Positions 17,862-27,534 of a stretch of DNA of 39,276 nucleotides are shown piece after piece. The DNA is from Clostridia bacterium. Lineage in GTDB: Bacteria > Bacillota > Clostridia > TANB77 > CAG-465. The stretch covers positions 1 to 39,276 of the forward strand of contig JAZOWO010000135.1 of the NCBI GenBank assembly GCA_045659265.1. The letters are read 5' to 3'. The position numbers and the translations under genes are program-made. Every line of letters begins with the position of its first letter. Positions within the stretch are counted from its first letter, which is position 1. The notes under the pieces were generated by a model. The model was given only the letters and a program-made list of their open reading frames with translations. It ran no database searches and was not told the DNA's origin.

Positions 17862-18341
17862 ATGAAACTGTTAAAAAAGATTTTAAGTATACTGTTAACA
17901 TTAGTGGCGGGGTGGTGCATAATAGTAGTAGCTTTAGCACTTGTTTTTCTTCTTATAATATGGCTTCTACAAATAACTGGTGGTAACAATGGTCCTAAAC
18001 ATGGCTATTACAAAAAAGAAGAGTTTTGGGATAAAGAGGGATTTCAAGATTTTACGGATTACTGTAAATATTATTACGAAGATAAGTATGACGCAAAGTT
18101 TGCTGAAGATGAAAAATATAGCAAAGTAGAAGAAGAGGATATACCAAAAGTATTAGAATACTTTGAAGAATTTGAACATTGGATGTTGCCCAAAAGAGCA
18201 AATGAATATGATTTTGATAAAAGTCAAATAACGATAGGAGATTATGTTCGAATAGAAGGCAAAGGTAAAGATATATCTTTTAATGTGTATCTTTATGATA
18301 TAGAAACGAATATATTATACTATATACATAATAACATTTAA
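17862..18341 (+). CDS. Hypothetical membrane-anchored protein
   Basis: RBS GAGGT; long N-terminal hydrophobic segment; C-terminal YLYDIETNILYY. Confidence 0.65.
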   Translation: MKLLKKILSILLTLVAGWCIIVVALALVFLLIIWLLQITGGNNGPKHGYYKKEEFWDKEGFQDFTDYCKYYYEDKYDAKFAEDEKYSKVEEEDIPKVLEYFEEFEHWMLPKRANEYDFDKSQITIGDYVRIEGKGKDISFNVYLYDIETNILYYIHNNI

Positions 18342-18353
18342 TGTGTATAATTA

Positions 18354-18370
18354 TGTCGAAATGTGTCGAT
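18354..18370 (+). promoter_or_regulatory. Tandem Spo0A-box-like sites
   Basis: TGTCGAA (18354-18360) and TGTCGAT (18364-18370); 0A-box consensus is TGNCGAA. Confidence 0.4.
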
Positions 18371-18399
18371 GAAAACCTTGAAAAATAAAGGATTTTGTA

Positions 18400-18428
18400 T
18401 TGACAAGTGTAGTGAGGTAAGGTATAAT
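18400..18428 (+). promoter_or_regulatory. Consensus SigA promoter of the type III TA operon
   Basis: TTGACA-N17-TATAAT ending 15 nt before the first repeat. Confidence 0.85.
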
Positions 18429-18442
18429 TTAAGTACATTAAA

Positions 18443-18607
18443 ATTCGGTTAGGAACGAGCCGTTAGATTAAGTTCTATAAACGAGTTCCCTGAAATCATT
18501 CGGTTAGGAGCGAGCCGTTGAGTTAATCTCATAAACGAGCTCCCTATAATACATTCGGTTAGAAACGAGCCGTTAGATTAAGTTCTATAAACGAGTTTCC
18601 TGAAAAA
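18443..18607 (+). ncRNA. Type III TA antitoxin RNA array (ToxI-like), 3 x 55 nt
   Basis: Tandem repeats at 18443, 18498 and 18553 with a predicted pseudoknot, lying between a promoter and a terminator upstream of a ToxN-like gene. Confidence 0.9.
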
Positions 18608-18612
18608 TTTAA

Positions 18613-18655
18613 TAGGGGGATACTTATATTTATATAAGTGTCTCCCTACTTTTTT
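18613..18655 (+). terminator. Intra-operon terminator between antitoxin array and toxin
   Basis: TAGGGGGATACTTATA-TTTA-TATAAGTGTCTCCCTA-CTTTTTT. Confidence 0.85.
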
Positions 18656-18674
18656 GACTACCAGGAGGAAATAT

Positions 18675-19211
18675 ATGAGAGAAATAAGAAAAAGTAAGGT
18701 TGAAAATTTAGAGTTTTATATAGTAAAGGAGGAGTATATAAAGTTTTTGAGTAAATATGATTCGCATATTGCATATAATAAAGAGGAACATCGACCGTAT
18801 GTTGGAGTAGTATTAGAAATAGAAGATAAAAAGTACTTTGCACCTTTATCTTCACCAAAGGAACAGCATAAGAAATACAAAGAGAATTTTACGTTTTTCA
18901 AACTTGAAAATAACAATAAAGAGCTGGGTATTATTAGATTTGCGGACATGCTTCCTGTGCCAATAGAATGTTTGAGTAAAATGGATTATTGCAAAAAGAG
19001 TTATGGCTATAGAAGATTACTTTCTGAACAATATACACAAATAAACATAACAAAAAATAAAGAACGTATTAAAGAAAAGGCAAAACAAATATATGATATA
19101 GTAACAAGCAATAGTTGTACAGCTAAAGCAAGATTTTATAAACAACTTAGTTGCAATTATAGCTTTCTTGAAGAAAAATGCGAAGAGTATCGAAAAATGT
19201 ATTTAACTTGA
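18675..19211 (+). CDS. toxN: Type III TA endoribonuclease toxin, ToxN/AbiQ family
   Basis: FYIVKEEYIKFL, RPYVGVVL, YFAPLSSPK, LGIIRFADMLPVP; ATG 18675 behind AGGAGG; repeat-terminator-toxin architecture. Confidence 0.88.
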   Translation: MREIRKSKVENLEFYIVKEEYIKFLSKYDSHIAYNKEEHRPYVGVVLEIEDKKYFAPLSSPKEQHKKYKENFTFFKLENNNKELGIIRFADMLPVPIECLSKMDYCKKSYGYRRLLSEQYTQINITKNKERIKEKAKQIYDIVTSNSCTAKARFYKQLSCNYSFLEEKCEEYRKMYLT

Positions 19212-19340
19212 CATAACAAAAACCGTAGTGTATAATTCTATCGGCAGATTTGGAGCTATCTAACATAATTGTTAGATAGGAATTACTAGGGAAAACTATT
19301 TATATATATATTAATTAATAAGACAAAAGGAGACATATAG

Positions 19341-20774
19341 ATGAAAAGGTATGATTTAATCGTTGTAGGCGCAGGGCCTTCCGGAATCTTCCTTTGCTAC
19401 GAACTCATGAAAAGAAAACCGGATTCAAAGGTTCTCTTGATTGATCAAGGTAGACGGGTAGAGAAAAGAGTATGCCCTGTGGCAAGTGGAGGTAAGTGCG
19501 TAAAGTGCAAACCGTTTTGCCATATCACAAATGGTTTTTCGGGTGCAGGAGCGTTCTCAGATGGAAAACTGAGTCTTTACGACCATGAGGATGAAGAAAT
19601 CCGCGTTGGTGGTTCGGTACAAGAGTATCTTGGTGTGGAATATACCAAAGAACTCATAGACTATACAGACAGCATTTATCTGGATTTTGGTGCAGATACG
19701 AGGCTTGAGGGTGTATCTGATGAAGATACAATTAACGCATACAAAGAACGAGCAAGAAAGTATGGCGTTGACCTTATTTCTATTCCTATCAGACACTTGG
19801 GAACGGAAAAGTCTCATGAACTGTATAAGGCTATGCAGGATGAACTCGAAAGACTCGGCGTAGAAATCCTTATGGAAACTGTAGTAGAAGACCTTATGGT
19901 AAAGGAAGGTGTGGTAACTGGTGTTATGACACACAGCTCTAACTTGGATACCTTTAAGGAAACCTACTATGGTGACAAGGTCGTTATTGCTGTGGGTCGT
20001 AAAGGCGCCAAGTGGCTCTCTGAGATGTGTGCAAAGCACGGTATCAAAAACAGATCTGGTGTCGTAGACATCGGTATCCGTTATGAGCTTCCTGACCACA
20101 TTATGGCTGAGGTAAACAAGGCTATGTATGAGGCTAAGTTTGTTGCAAGACCTAAGCCGTATGAAGACAAGGTAAGAACGTTTTGCCAGAATCCTAGCGG
20201 ATTTGTATCAGCAGAGGTATATGATGGTGGACTTACGCTTGTTAACGGACATTCGTACAAAGAGAAGAAGAGCAACAACACCAATCTTGCCATTCTCTGT
20301 TCACATCATTTCAGTTATCCATTTGACCAACCACTTCTTTATGGAAGAAACATTGCCAAAAACTCCAATCTGCTGGCAAATGGACAGGTACTGGTACAAA
20401 GACTTGGGGATATCTTAAGTGGTCACAGAACACATGAGTACTGGCTTAAGAAAAACAGTGTAGATCCTACACTTAAGACTGCGGTCGCGGGTGATGTGAC
20501 ACAAGCTTTGGGCTACAGAACTATGACCAACATTTTGGAGTTCATCCGTATGGTGGACAATGTTGTTCCTGGTTTTGCAAGCTCAGACAATCTCCTTTAT
20601 TCGCCGGAAATCAAATTCTATTCCAATGAGATTATCATTGATAGTAATTTTGAAACTAGCGTAAAGGGTCTGTATTCTATTGGAGATGGCGGTGGACTTA
20701 CGCGCGGACTAATGCAAGCATCCATTTCTGGAGTGCATCTTGCACGAGTTCTCGCTAAGGATATCGAGTCTTAA
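19341..20774 (+). CDS. NAD(P)/FAD-dependent oxidoreductase with an N-terminal Cys cluster
   Basis: VVGAGPSG Rossmann motif, CP..CVKCKPFC, GAGAFSDGK, RTFCQNP, GDGGGLTRG; promoter TTGACA-N17-TATAAT at 19208-19236; double hairpin terminator at 20783-20835. Confidence 0.88.
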   Translation: MKRYDLIVVGAGPSGIFLCYELMKRKPDSKVLLIDQGRRVEKRVCPVASGGKCVKCKPFCHITNGFSGAGAFSDGKLSLYDHEDEEIRVGGSVQEYLGVEYTKELIDYTDSIYLDFGADTRLEGVSDEDTINAYKERARKYGVDLISIPIRHLGTEKSHELYKAMQDELERLGVEILMETVVEDLMVKEGVVTGVMTHSSNLDTFKETYYGDKVVIAVGRKGAKWLSEMCAKHGIKNRSGVVDIGIRYELPDHIMAEVNKAMYEAKFVARPKPYEDKVRTFCQNPSGFVSAEVYDGGLTLVNGHSYKEKKSNNTNLAILCSHHFSYPFDQPLLYGRNIAKNSNLLANGQVLVQRLGDILSGHRTHEYWLKKNSVDPTLKTAVAGDVTQALGYRTMTNILEFIRMVDNVVPGFASSDNLLYSPEIKFYSNEIIIDSNFETSVKGLYSIGDGGGLTRGLMQASISGVHLARVLAKDIES

Positions 20775-20936
20775 AATAGAAGAAAAGGGTTAGCTAATGC
20801 TAGCCCTTTTTTGTGCCTTTCGAGGCGCTTTTTTTATGCCATTTTCCTTGCAATAATGGCTAAAATATAGTATAATTAAATAGTGTATAATTAAAGGGAT
20901 TATTGCGCCTAAATTAAAGACACGTTCGGAGGTAAA

Positions 20937-21725
20937 ATGAAACGATTTATAAACGACATTAAAAAATATTATAAATATACAGTGTATGCTGCAAAGGCTG
21001 AACTAAAATCTGAAGTCGCAGGTTCATACTTAGGTTGGATTTGGTGGTTCTTAGAACCGTTTTGCTATATGTTAATATACGCATTCTTATGTACATATAT
21101 TTTCAATGCAAAAGAAGAAAACATATTAGCATTTGTATTTATAGGAAATACAATATGGACATTTATTAACAAGTGTATGACAGCGTCTGTAAAGACAATA
21201 TCTTCAAACAAGAATATAGTTACTAAAGTCTATTTGCCAAAATTTATATTGGTTTTAGTTAAGATGTTAGTAAACTTCTTCAAGTTATTAATATCTCTTG
21301 TGTTAGTAGCAGTAATAATGTTAGCAACAGGAGCTACAATTGGTATTACAATGCTTGAGCTTATACCGGTATTAATATTGTTATTTATATTAACATTTGG
21401 CGTATGCGTAATACTTGCAAACTATGGCGTATTCTTTGAAGATCTTGTAAATGTAGTAAACATATTATTAAAATTTACATTCTATTTTTCTGGAATATTC
21501 TACTCTGTATCTACAAGAATAAAGGCTCCATATGGACCAATGCTTGCTAGAGTTAATCCAGCAGCGTTTTTAATAGAACAAGCAAGAGCTGTGTTTTTAC
21601 ATGGTAAACATTTAAATATAGAATGGTTTGTAATATGGCTAGTGATTGGTATAGTAATATCAATACTAGGAGTTAGATTAATATACAAACACGAAAATGA
21701 TTACGTAAAGGTAATGAATGGGTGA
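20937..21725 (+). CDS. ABC-2 exporter permease (TagG/Wzm-like)
   Basis: SYLGWIWWFLEP, KVYLPK and NP motifs; 6 TM helices. Confidence 0.9.
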   Translation: MKRFINDIKKYYKYTVYAAKAELKSEVAGSYLGWIWWFLEPFCYMLIYAFLCTYIFNAKEENILAFVFIGNTIWTFINKCMTASVKTISSNKNIVTKVYLPKFILVLVKMLVNFFKLLISLVLVAVIMLATGATIGITMLELIPVLILLFILTFGVCVILANYGVFFEDLVNVVNILLKFTFYFSGIFYSVSTRIKAPYGPMLARVNPAAFLIEQARAVFLHGKHLNIEWFVIWLVIGIVISILGVRLIYKHENDYVKVMNG

Positions 21726-22477
21726 TAGGCATGAGTGAAAAAAAGAAAAATGCGATATCTGTAAAGAACTTACATATTAGCTACAGAAATATAAAGAAAA
21801 CTTCTATAAGAAAAGCGTTTCTTAAAAAGAAAACTGGCAAAGTAGAATACTTTGAAGCGGTTAAAGGAATAAGCTTTGATATAGAGCAAGGTAAAATAGT
21901 TGGTATAGTTGGTAAAAACGGTAGTGGTAAATCTACATTATTAAAAGCTATAGCAGGAATATTTGCTGCGGATAAAGGCAAAATAAATTTATATAATAAT
22001 ACAATTTCACTTCTTTCAATAGGAGTTGGGTTCCAACCTAAATTAACAGGATATGAAAATATATTCTTATCTGGAATGTTATTAGGTTTTACAGAAGATG
22101 AAATTAAAAATAGAATAGATAGTATTATTGAATTTTCAGAACTTGGTAATGCTATAAATAAACAAGTATCGACATATTCAAGCGGAATGTATTCTAAATT
22201 AGCTTTCTCTATTACAGCTATGTTAGAAACAGATATTGTTTTAATAGATGAAGTATTTAGTGTGGGAGATATTAAGTTTAAAGAAAAAAGCTACAACAAG
22301 ATGAAAGAGCTTATTTCAAAGGAAGACAGAACGGTTGTTATAGTATCTCATAGTATGAATGCATTAAGAGAATTATGTAATGAAATAATTTGGCTTAATG
22401 ATGGTGTTATTATGGAACAAGGCTCTCCAGAAGATATAATACCAAAATATGAAGAATATATGAGAAATTTAGATTAA
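21722..22477 (+). CDS. ABC exporter ATP-binding protein (TagH/Wzt-like)
   Basis: Walker A GKNGSGKST, signature TYSSGM, Walker B VLIDE, VSH. Confidence 0.92.
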   Translation: MIGMSEKKKNAISVKNLHISYRNIKKTSIRKAFLKKKTGKVEYFEAVKGISFDIEQGKIVGIVGKNGSGKSTLLKAIAGIFAADKGKINLYNNTISLLSIGVGFQPKLTGYENIFLSGMLLGFTEDEIKNRIDSIIEFSELGNAINKQVSTYSSGMYSKLAFSITAMLETDIVLIDEVFSVGDIKFKEKSYNKMKELISKEDRTVVIVSHSMNALRELCNEIIWLNDGVIMEQGSPEDIIPKYEEYMRNLD

Positions 22478-22499
22478 TAAAGATATATAAGTTAAAGGT

Positions 22500-25400
22500 G
22501 TGAGAGTGTTGAAAATAAAAAAAGTAATAGTAGATTTGATGAAGAAAAACGTTTTATTTAGAAAAATTGTAAGAGGTACATCTTTACATATACATAAATT
22601 CAAATATACGCTTTGTAAAAAGAAATATAAATTAGATGATAAAACTGTATTATTTGAAGTGTTTGCGGGGAAAAGTTATGCGTGTTCGCCAAAAGCAATA
22701 TATGAAGAAATGTTAAGATTAGATCAGTTTAAGGATTATAGATTTGTTTGGGCGTTTTCTGATGTGGATGCGCATGATATTAAAAAAGATCCAAGAACAA
22801 CAATTGTTAAATCTAAGTCTAAAGAGTACTATAAGTATTGTTCAATAGCAAAATATTGGATAGTAAATTTCTTATTGCCAGAATACATAACAAAAAAAGA
22901 AGGACAAATGTATGTACAATGTTGGCATGGAACTCCGTTGAAAAAGTTAAGATGTGATATTGAGACAACTAATTCGGCATTAAACTCTGTAAAAGAAATA
23001 AGAAAAAGAAACGACAGAGATGCAGCAAGGTTTGATTATTTTATCTCACCAAGCGAATTTTGTACAGAAAAATTTACATCTGCATTCAACTTAAAGAAAT
23101 TAGGTAAAGAAAATATTTTAATAGAAAAAGGTTATCCTAGAAATGATAGATTATTTAATTACACAAAAGAAGAAGTAGATGCGCTTAAAGATAAATTTAA
23201 TATCCCTAAGGATAAGAAAGTTATATTATATGCACCTACATTTAGAGATAATCAACATGAATCAGGAGTAGGATATACATATTCATTAAATATAGATTTT
23301 GACAAGCTAAAAGAAAAATTAGAAAAAGATTATGTAATAATTTTTAGAACACATTATTTTGTAGCTAATTCTTTTGATTTTGAAAAATATAAAGGATTTA
23401 TCTATAATATGTCAAATCATGATGATGTGAATGATTGTTACTTATTAAGTGACATTATTCTAACAGATTATTCAAGCGTATTTTTTGATTTTGCTAATTT
23501 GAAAAGACCTATGTTATTCTATATGTATGATTTAGATGAATACAAAGATGATATGAGAGGTTTCTATGTAGACTTAAAAGAACTTCCAGGTCCTATTGTA
23601 AAAACACAAGAAGATTTAGAAAAAGAAATATTAAATATTGATTCATACGCTGAAAAATACAAAGAAAAATATGAAGCGTTTAATAAGAAGTTCAATTACT
23701 TAGATGGTAATAATTGTAGCAAAAAAGTAATAGAAGAAATATTTAAGGAAGAAGTAAAAAAAGATGCTGAGCCAATTGTTTGGTTGTTTGGTGAAAATGA
23801 AGGAAATACATCAAATAATAACTCATATTTTATGTGGGAACAAGTAGTAGAAGTTAAAGATGAAATAGAAAAATATTTTGTTGTAAGCAAGACAAAAAAC
23901 AATGTGGAAAGAATCTCTAAATTAAGTAAATATAAACAAGAACATGTAATTTGGAAAAATAGTGCTAAGCATTGGAAATTATACTTTGCAGCAAGCATGT
24001 ATTGGGTTTCTTTAAGTTATAAAGATGTAATGCCAAGCAAATTGTTAATGCTAAAAACAAAAATGGGTCCTAAGAAACCAATAATATATTTACAACATGG
24101 AACATTAGCAATAAAAAAAGTAGGATATACAGGTAATTCATATGGTAACAGCATGTTTAGATTTATGGTATATAATGAAAAAATTATACCAGCATTAAAA
24201 GAATATAACGAATTTAAGGATTACCAACTATATAAACAAATATATCATCCAAGATATAAAGAATTATTAAGAATAAGTGATGAATATAAAAAGAACAAGA
24301 CGGATGACAAAAAACAAATATTATTCTTTATGACATGGCGTGAATATTTTGGTAACAATAAACAAACAGATGAGTTTATAAACAAGATTGAAAAGTTATT
24401 AACAAACAAAAAAATGCAAAATTATCTTGTGAAAAATAATTACAGCATAAAGCTTTGCTTACATCAATTCTTTAATGAAACAAATAAATTAAATAAATTG
24501 AAGAAGTTAAGTAATGTTTCGGTAGTAACTCCAAAACAAGTAGATGTTATGTATGAATTAGCAACAAGTGATGTCTTAATTACAGACTATTCTTCAGTTG
24601 GGTTTGATTTTTCATTCTTAAATAAGCCGGTTATATTATATCAACCAGATTTAGAGACTTATTTGAAATATAGAGAAACATATTGTACTATTGATGAGTT
24701 AAAGAAATATAGCGTTCAATCAGTTGAAGAATTAATAAATACTATAGTAGAAGAAAAATATAAAGTGAATGAATTCTTCCGTACACGTTTGCCAGAGACT
24801 ATAGATTATGCTTATGTACGTCGTGGTGATCATATTACAAAATTATATGAAGACATAAGAACAATACAAAGAAACGATGTCACTTTTATAGGATATAATT
24901 TCTTTGGAAGAGGCGGAACAGTATCTGCTACTAAGGCGTTAGCAGAAGCGCTATTAGAAAAAGGATATATGGTTCAATTATTCTCGTTAAAGAGAACAAG
25001 AAGTGAAAATATTGTAATGCCATCAGGATTAAATGCTACTAGCACGTATGGTGGACCTATAAGAAGAAAGGTAGAACTATTAAAAAGATTAGATAGAATA
25101 AAGAGTCATTATTCTTATTTGAAATATGATTGCAATAAAAAATATCTAATACCTTATGCGGGGTACGCATTAAAAAGATTTTTGAATAAGACTACAAGTA
25201 ATACTATAGTATCTACAAGAGAAACACTACATTTATTCTTAAACGATGCAACAAGTAAACATATAAAAAATAAGGTATATTTCTTCCATACAGATGCAAA
25301 TGTTGCAGATACAATGTATCCAAACTTAATGCCTGAAGTAGAAAAAATTACATTAGATAAATGTGCATTTGTTACAAACAAAAATTATGAAGCTTATATA

Positions 25401-26030
25401 AATAATTTCAAAATGGATGGAATGAAAGAATATGCAATAGTAGGTAATTGTTTACAAAGCTATAACATGGTAGAGCTAGATAAAATTAAGTGTGTAGGTA
25501 AAAAGAAAGTATACACTGGAATAACAATGCTTAGAATGGCTAATGATAGAGCTCAAGATGTTGAAAAAATAATAGAATATGCAAAATATTTAAGAGAAAA
25601 TAATATAAAAAATATTAAAATTGAAGTGTTTGGAATGGGACCATTAGCTGAATCTTTTGCTAGTCAAATAAAAGAAGAAAAGCTAGAGAAATATATAGAA
25701 TACTGTGGTTTTACAGATAATCCAAGCGAAGAGATAAGAAAGAGAGACTTCTTGGTAGACTTCTCTAAACACCAATCATTTGGTATGACATATATTGAAG
25801 GAATTCTAAACGGCAAAAAAGTGTATGCTACTGTAACAAATGGTTCGAAAGAAGTATTAAAAGATATACCAAATAGTTATTTTGAAACATTTGAAGAATT
25901 AACAGATATGGTAAATAACCTTGGAAATATAACTACAAATGAATTAAAAGAAAACTATAAAATAATATCTGATAATTATTCTAGAGAATGTGTTGCGAAT
26001 AAGTTCTTAAAATTAATTGAGGGGAAATAA
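22500..26030 (+). CDS. Multimodular CDP-glycerol glycerophosphotransferase (2 TagF-like modules) plus a GT-B/GT4-like glycosyltransferase
   Basis: Module 1 WHGTPLK, GYPRND, YAPTFR, TDYSS; module 2 LQHG, HPR, TWR, TDYSS; module 3 GRGGT and QSFGMTYIEG. Confidence 0.88.
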   Translation: MRVLKIKKVIVDLMKKNVLFRKIVRGTSLHIHKFKYTLCKKKYKLDDKTVLFEVFAGKSYACSPKAIYEEMLRLDQFKDYRFVWAFSDVDAHDIKKDPRTTIVKSKSKEYYKYCSIAKYWIVNFLLPEYITKKEGQMYVQCWHGTPLKKLRCDIETTNSALNSVKEIRKRNDRDAARFDYFISPSEFCTEKFTSAFNLKKLGKENILIEKGYPRNDRLFNYTKEEVDALKDKFNIPKDKKVILYAPTFRDNQHESGVGYTYSLNIDFDKLKEKLEKDYVIIFRTHYFVANSFDFEKYKGFIYNMSNHDDVNDCYLLSDIILTDYSSVFFDFANLKRPMLFYMYDLDEYKDDMRGFYVDLKELPGPIVKTQEDLEKEILNIDSYAEKYKEKYEAFNKKFNYLDGNNCSKKVIEEIFKEEVKKDAEPIVWLFGENEGNTSNNNSYFMWEQVVEVKDEIEKYFVVSKTKNNVERISKLSKYKQEHVIWKNSAKHWKLYFAASMYWVSLSYKDVMPSKLLMLKTKMGPKKPIIYLQHGTLAIKKVGYTGNSYGNSMFRFMVYNEKIIPALKEYNEFKDYQLYKQIYHPRYKELLRISDEYKKNKTDDKKQILFFMTWREYFGNNKQTDEFINKIEKLLTNKKMQNYLVKNNYSIKLCLHQFFNETNKLNKLKKLSNVSVVTPKQVDVMYELATSDVLITDYSSVGFDFSFLNKPVILYQPDLETYLKYRETYCTIDELKKYSVQSVEELINTIVEEKYKVNEFFRTRLPETIDYAYVRRGDHITKLYEDIRTIQRNDVTFIGYNFFGRGGTVSATKALAEALLEKGYMVQLFSLKRTRSENIVMPSGLNATSTYGGPIRRKVELLKRLDRIKSHYSYLKYDCNKKYLIPYAGYALKRFLNKTTSNTIVSTRETLHLFLNDATSKHIKNKVYFFHTDANVADTMYPNLMPEVEKITLDKCAFVTNKNYEAYINNFKMDGMKEYAIVGNCLQSYNMVELDKIKCVGKKKVYTGITMLRMANDRAQDVEKIIEYAKYLRENNIKNIKIEVFGMGPLAESFASQIKEEKLEKYIEYCGFTDNPSEEIRKRDFLVDFSKHQSFGMTYIEGILNGKKVYATVTNGSKEVLKDIPNSYFETFEELTDMVNNLGNITTNELKENYKIISDNYSRECVANKFLKLIEGK

Positions 26031-27085
26031 TGAAAAGTAAAATTAAATTAAAGTATATACTATTAGCGATCGGAGTACTATGTATAGTTGCAGGATTAAT
26101 ATTAATTTTTACAACTCCACTAGGAAGTGTTTTGGCAAGAAAAGCCGAAACATTCCAATTGTTAATTGATAGACAAATTGGTGATGCACATAGACTAGAA
26201 ATGACAAATGCCTATGGAAACAATTCAGCATACCATCCATCTGTTATAAATTTTAATGAAAAATGGAATGGGTATAAGTATTGGATGTCACATACGCCAT
26301 ATCCGAATGCAGATGATGGGCAAGAAAATCCACATATAATGGTAAGTAATGATTTGGAAAACTGGGTAGAGCCTAAAGGCTTCAAAAATCCGTTAGAGCC
26401 AGCACCAGAAAATTTTATTCATACTAAAATATATAATTCTGATTCTGAATTAGTATATAATACTGAAACAAAAGAATTAGAATGTTGGTGGAGATTTGTT
26501 GATGATGTTGAAGGACTTTTAATAATATACAGAAAAACAACCAAAGATGGTATTAATTGGTCAGAAAAAGAAGTGGTTCTAAAGTCTGAAGATAGAAATA
26601 AAAATGATTGGATTTCTCCAGCGTTGGTTTTTGAAGATGGTAAATATAAGATGTGGTATGTAGGAGCTAATTATATTCTTTACTACATTGAAACTGATGA
26701 TCTTGAAAATTGGACAGAGCCAGTAGAGATAAATGTGGAATACAAAGATCCTAAGTTATTATCTTGGCACATAGATGTTATTCATGAGAATGGATTATAT
26801 GAAATGGTAGCTAATGCGTTTATCAAAGGTAAAACTAGGAGAACTCTAAATTTATATTATACAAATTCTAAAGATAATGTAAATTGGAAAAAAGCAGAAA
26901 TAATAATGAGACCTGCTAAACGAACAAATAATTGGGACAACAAAGGATTATATAGAGGATCATTAATGTATGATGGAGAGGATTGCTACTTATTCTATAG
27001 TGGTATTTCTAAAAAATCAAAATATGTGTATGAAGGTGTTGGAATACTTAAGGTTAGTGATAGATGGAGAAATAGCGCTAACTAA
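26030..27085 (+). CDS. Membrane-anchored beta-propeller protein (glycoside hydrolase-like)
   Basis: N-terminal TM; HPSV, YWMSHTPYP, ENP and Asp-box-like SNDLENW/TKDGINW/SKDNVNW repeats. Confidence 0.7.
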   Translation: MKSKIKLKYILLAIGVLCIVAGLILIFTTPLGSVLARKAETFQLLIDRQIGDAHRLEMTNAYGNNSAYHPSVINFNEKWNGYKYWMSHTPYPNADDGQENPHIMVSNDLENWVEPKGFKNPLEPAPENFIHTKIYNSDSELVYNTETKELECWWRFVDDVEGLLIIYRKTTKDGINWSEKEVVLKSEDRNKNDWISPALVFEDGKYKMWYVGANYILYYIETDDLENWTEPVEINVEYKDPKLLSWHIDVIHENGLYEMVANAFIKGKTRRTLNLYYTNSKDNVNWKKAEIIMRPAKRTNNWDNKGLYRGSLMYDGEDCYLFYSGISKKSKYVYEGVGILKVSDRWRNSAN

Positions 27086-27120
27086 TATACATATTAAATA
27101 ATAATAAAAGGAGTAATTTT

Positions 27121-27534
27121 ATGAGAAAAATATTAACATATGGAACATATGACGTTCTTCACAGAGGTCATATAAACCTATTAAAAAGAGCAAAAGAAAG
27201 AGGAGATTATCTAATAGTTGGAATTTCTACAGATGAATTCAATGCTATAAAAGGTAAAAAATCATACTATGATTACGAAACAAGAAAAGAAATGTTAGAA
27301 GCAATCAAGTATGTAGATGAAGTTATACCAGAATGTGCATGGGATCAAAAACCAGGCGATATAGCAAAATATGGTGCTGATGAAGTAGTTATGGGAAGCG
27401 ACTGGGCTGGAAATGAAAAATTTGAAGCTTTAAGAGAATACTGTGATGTATACTATCTTCCAAGAACAGAAGGAATAAGCTCAACACAAATTAAATCTGA
27501 ATTGCATTTAATGGATGATAAGGCTGGTGTTTAA
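27121..27534 (+). CDS. tagD: Glycerol-3-phosphate cytidylyltransferase
   Basis: TYGTYDVLHRGH, STDEFN, MGSDW, RTEGISST. Confidence 0.95.
   Translation: MRKILTYGTYDVLHRGHINLLKRAKERGDYLIVGISTDEFNAIKGKKSYYDYETRKEMLEAIKYVDEVIPECAWDQKPGDIAKYGADEVVMGSDWAGNEKFEALREYCDVYYLPRTEGISSTQIKSELHLMDDKAGV

Noticed and set aside
18443-18607. Repeat array read as a CRISPR array
   Set aside because: The units are contiguous with no unique spacers and there are no cas genes; the layout matches a type III TA locus.
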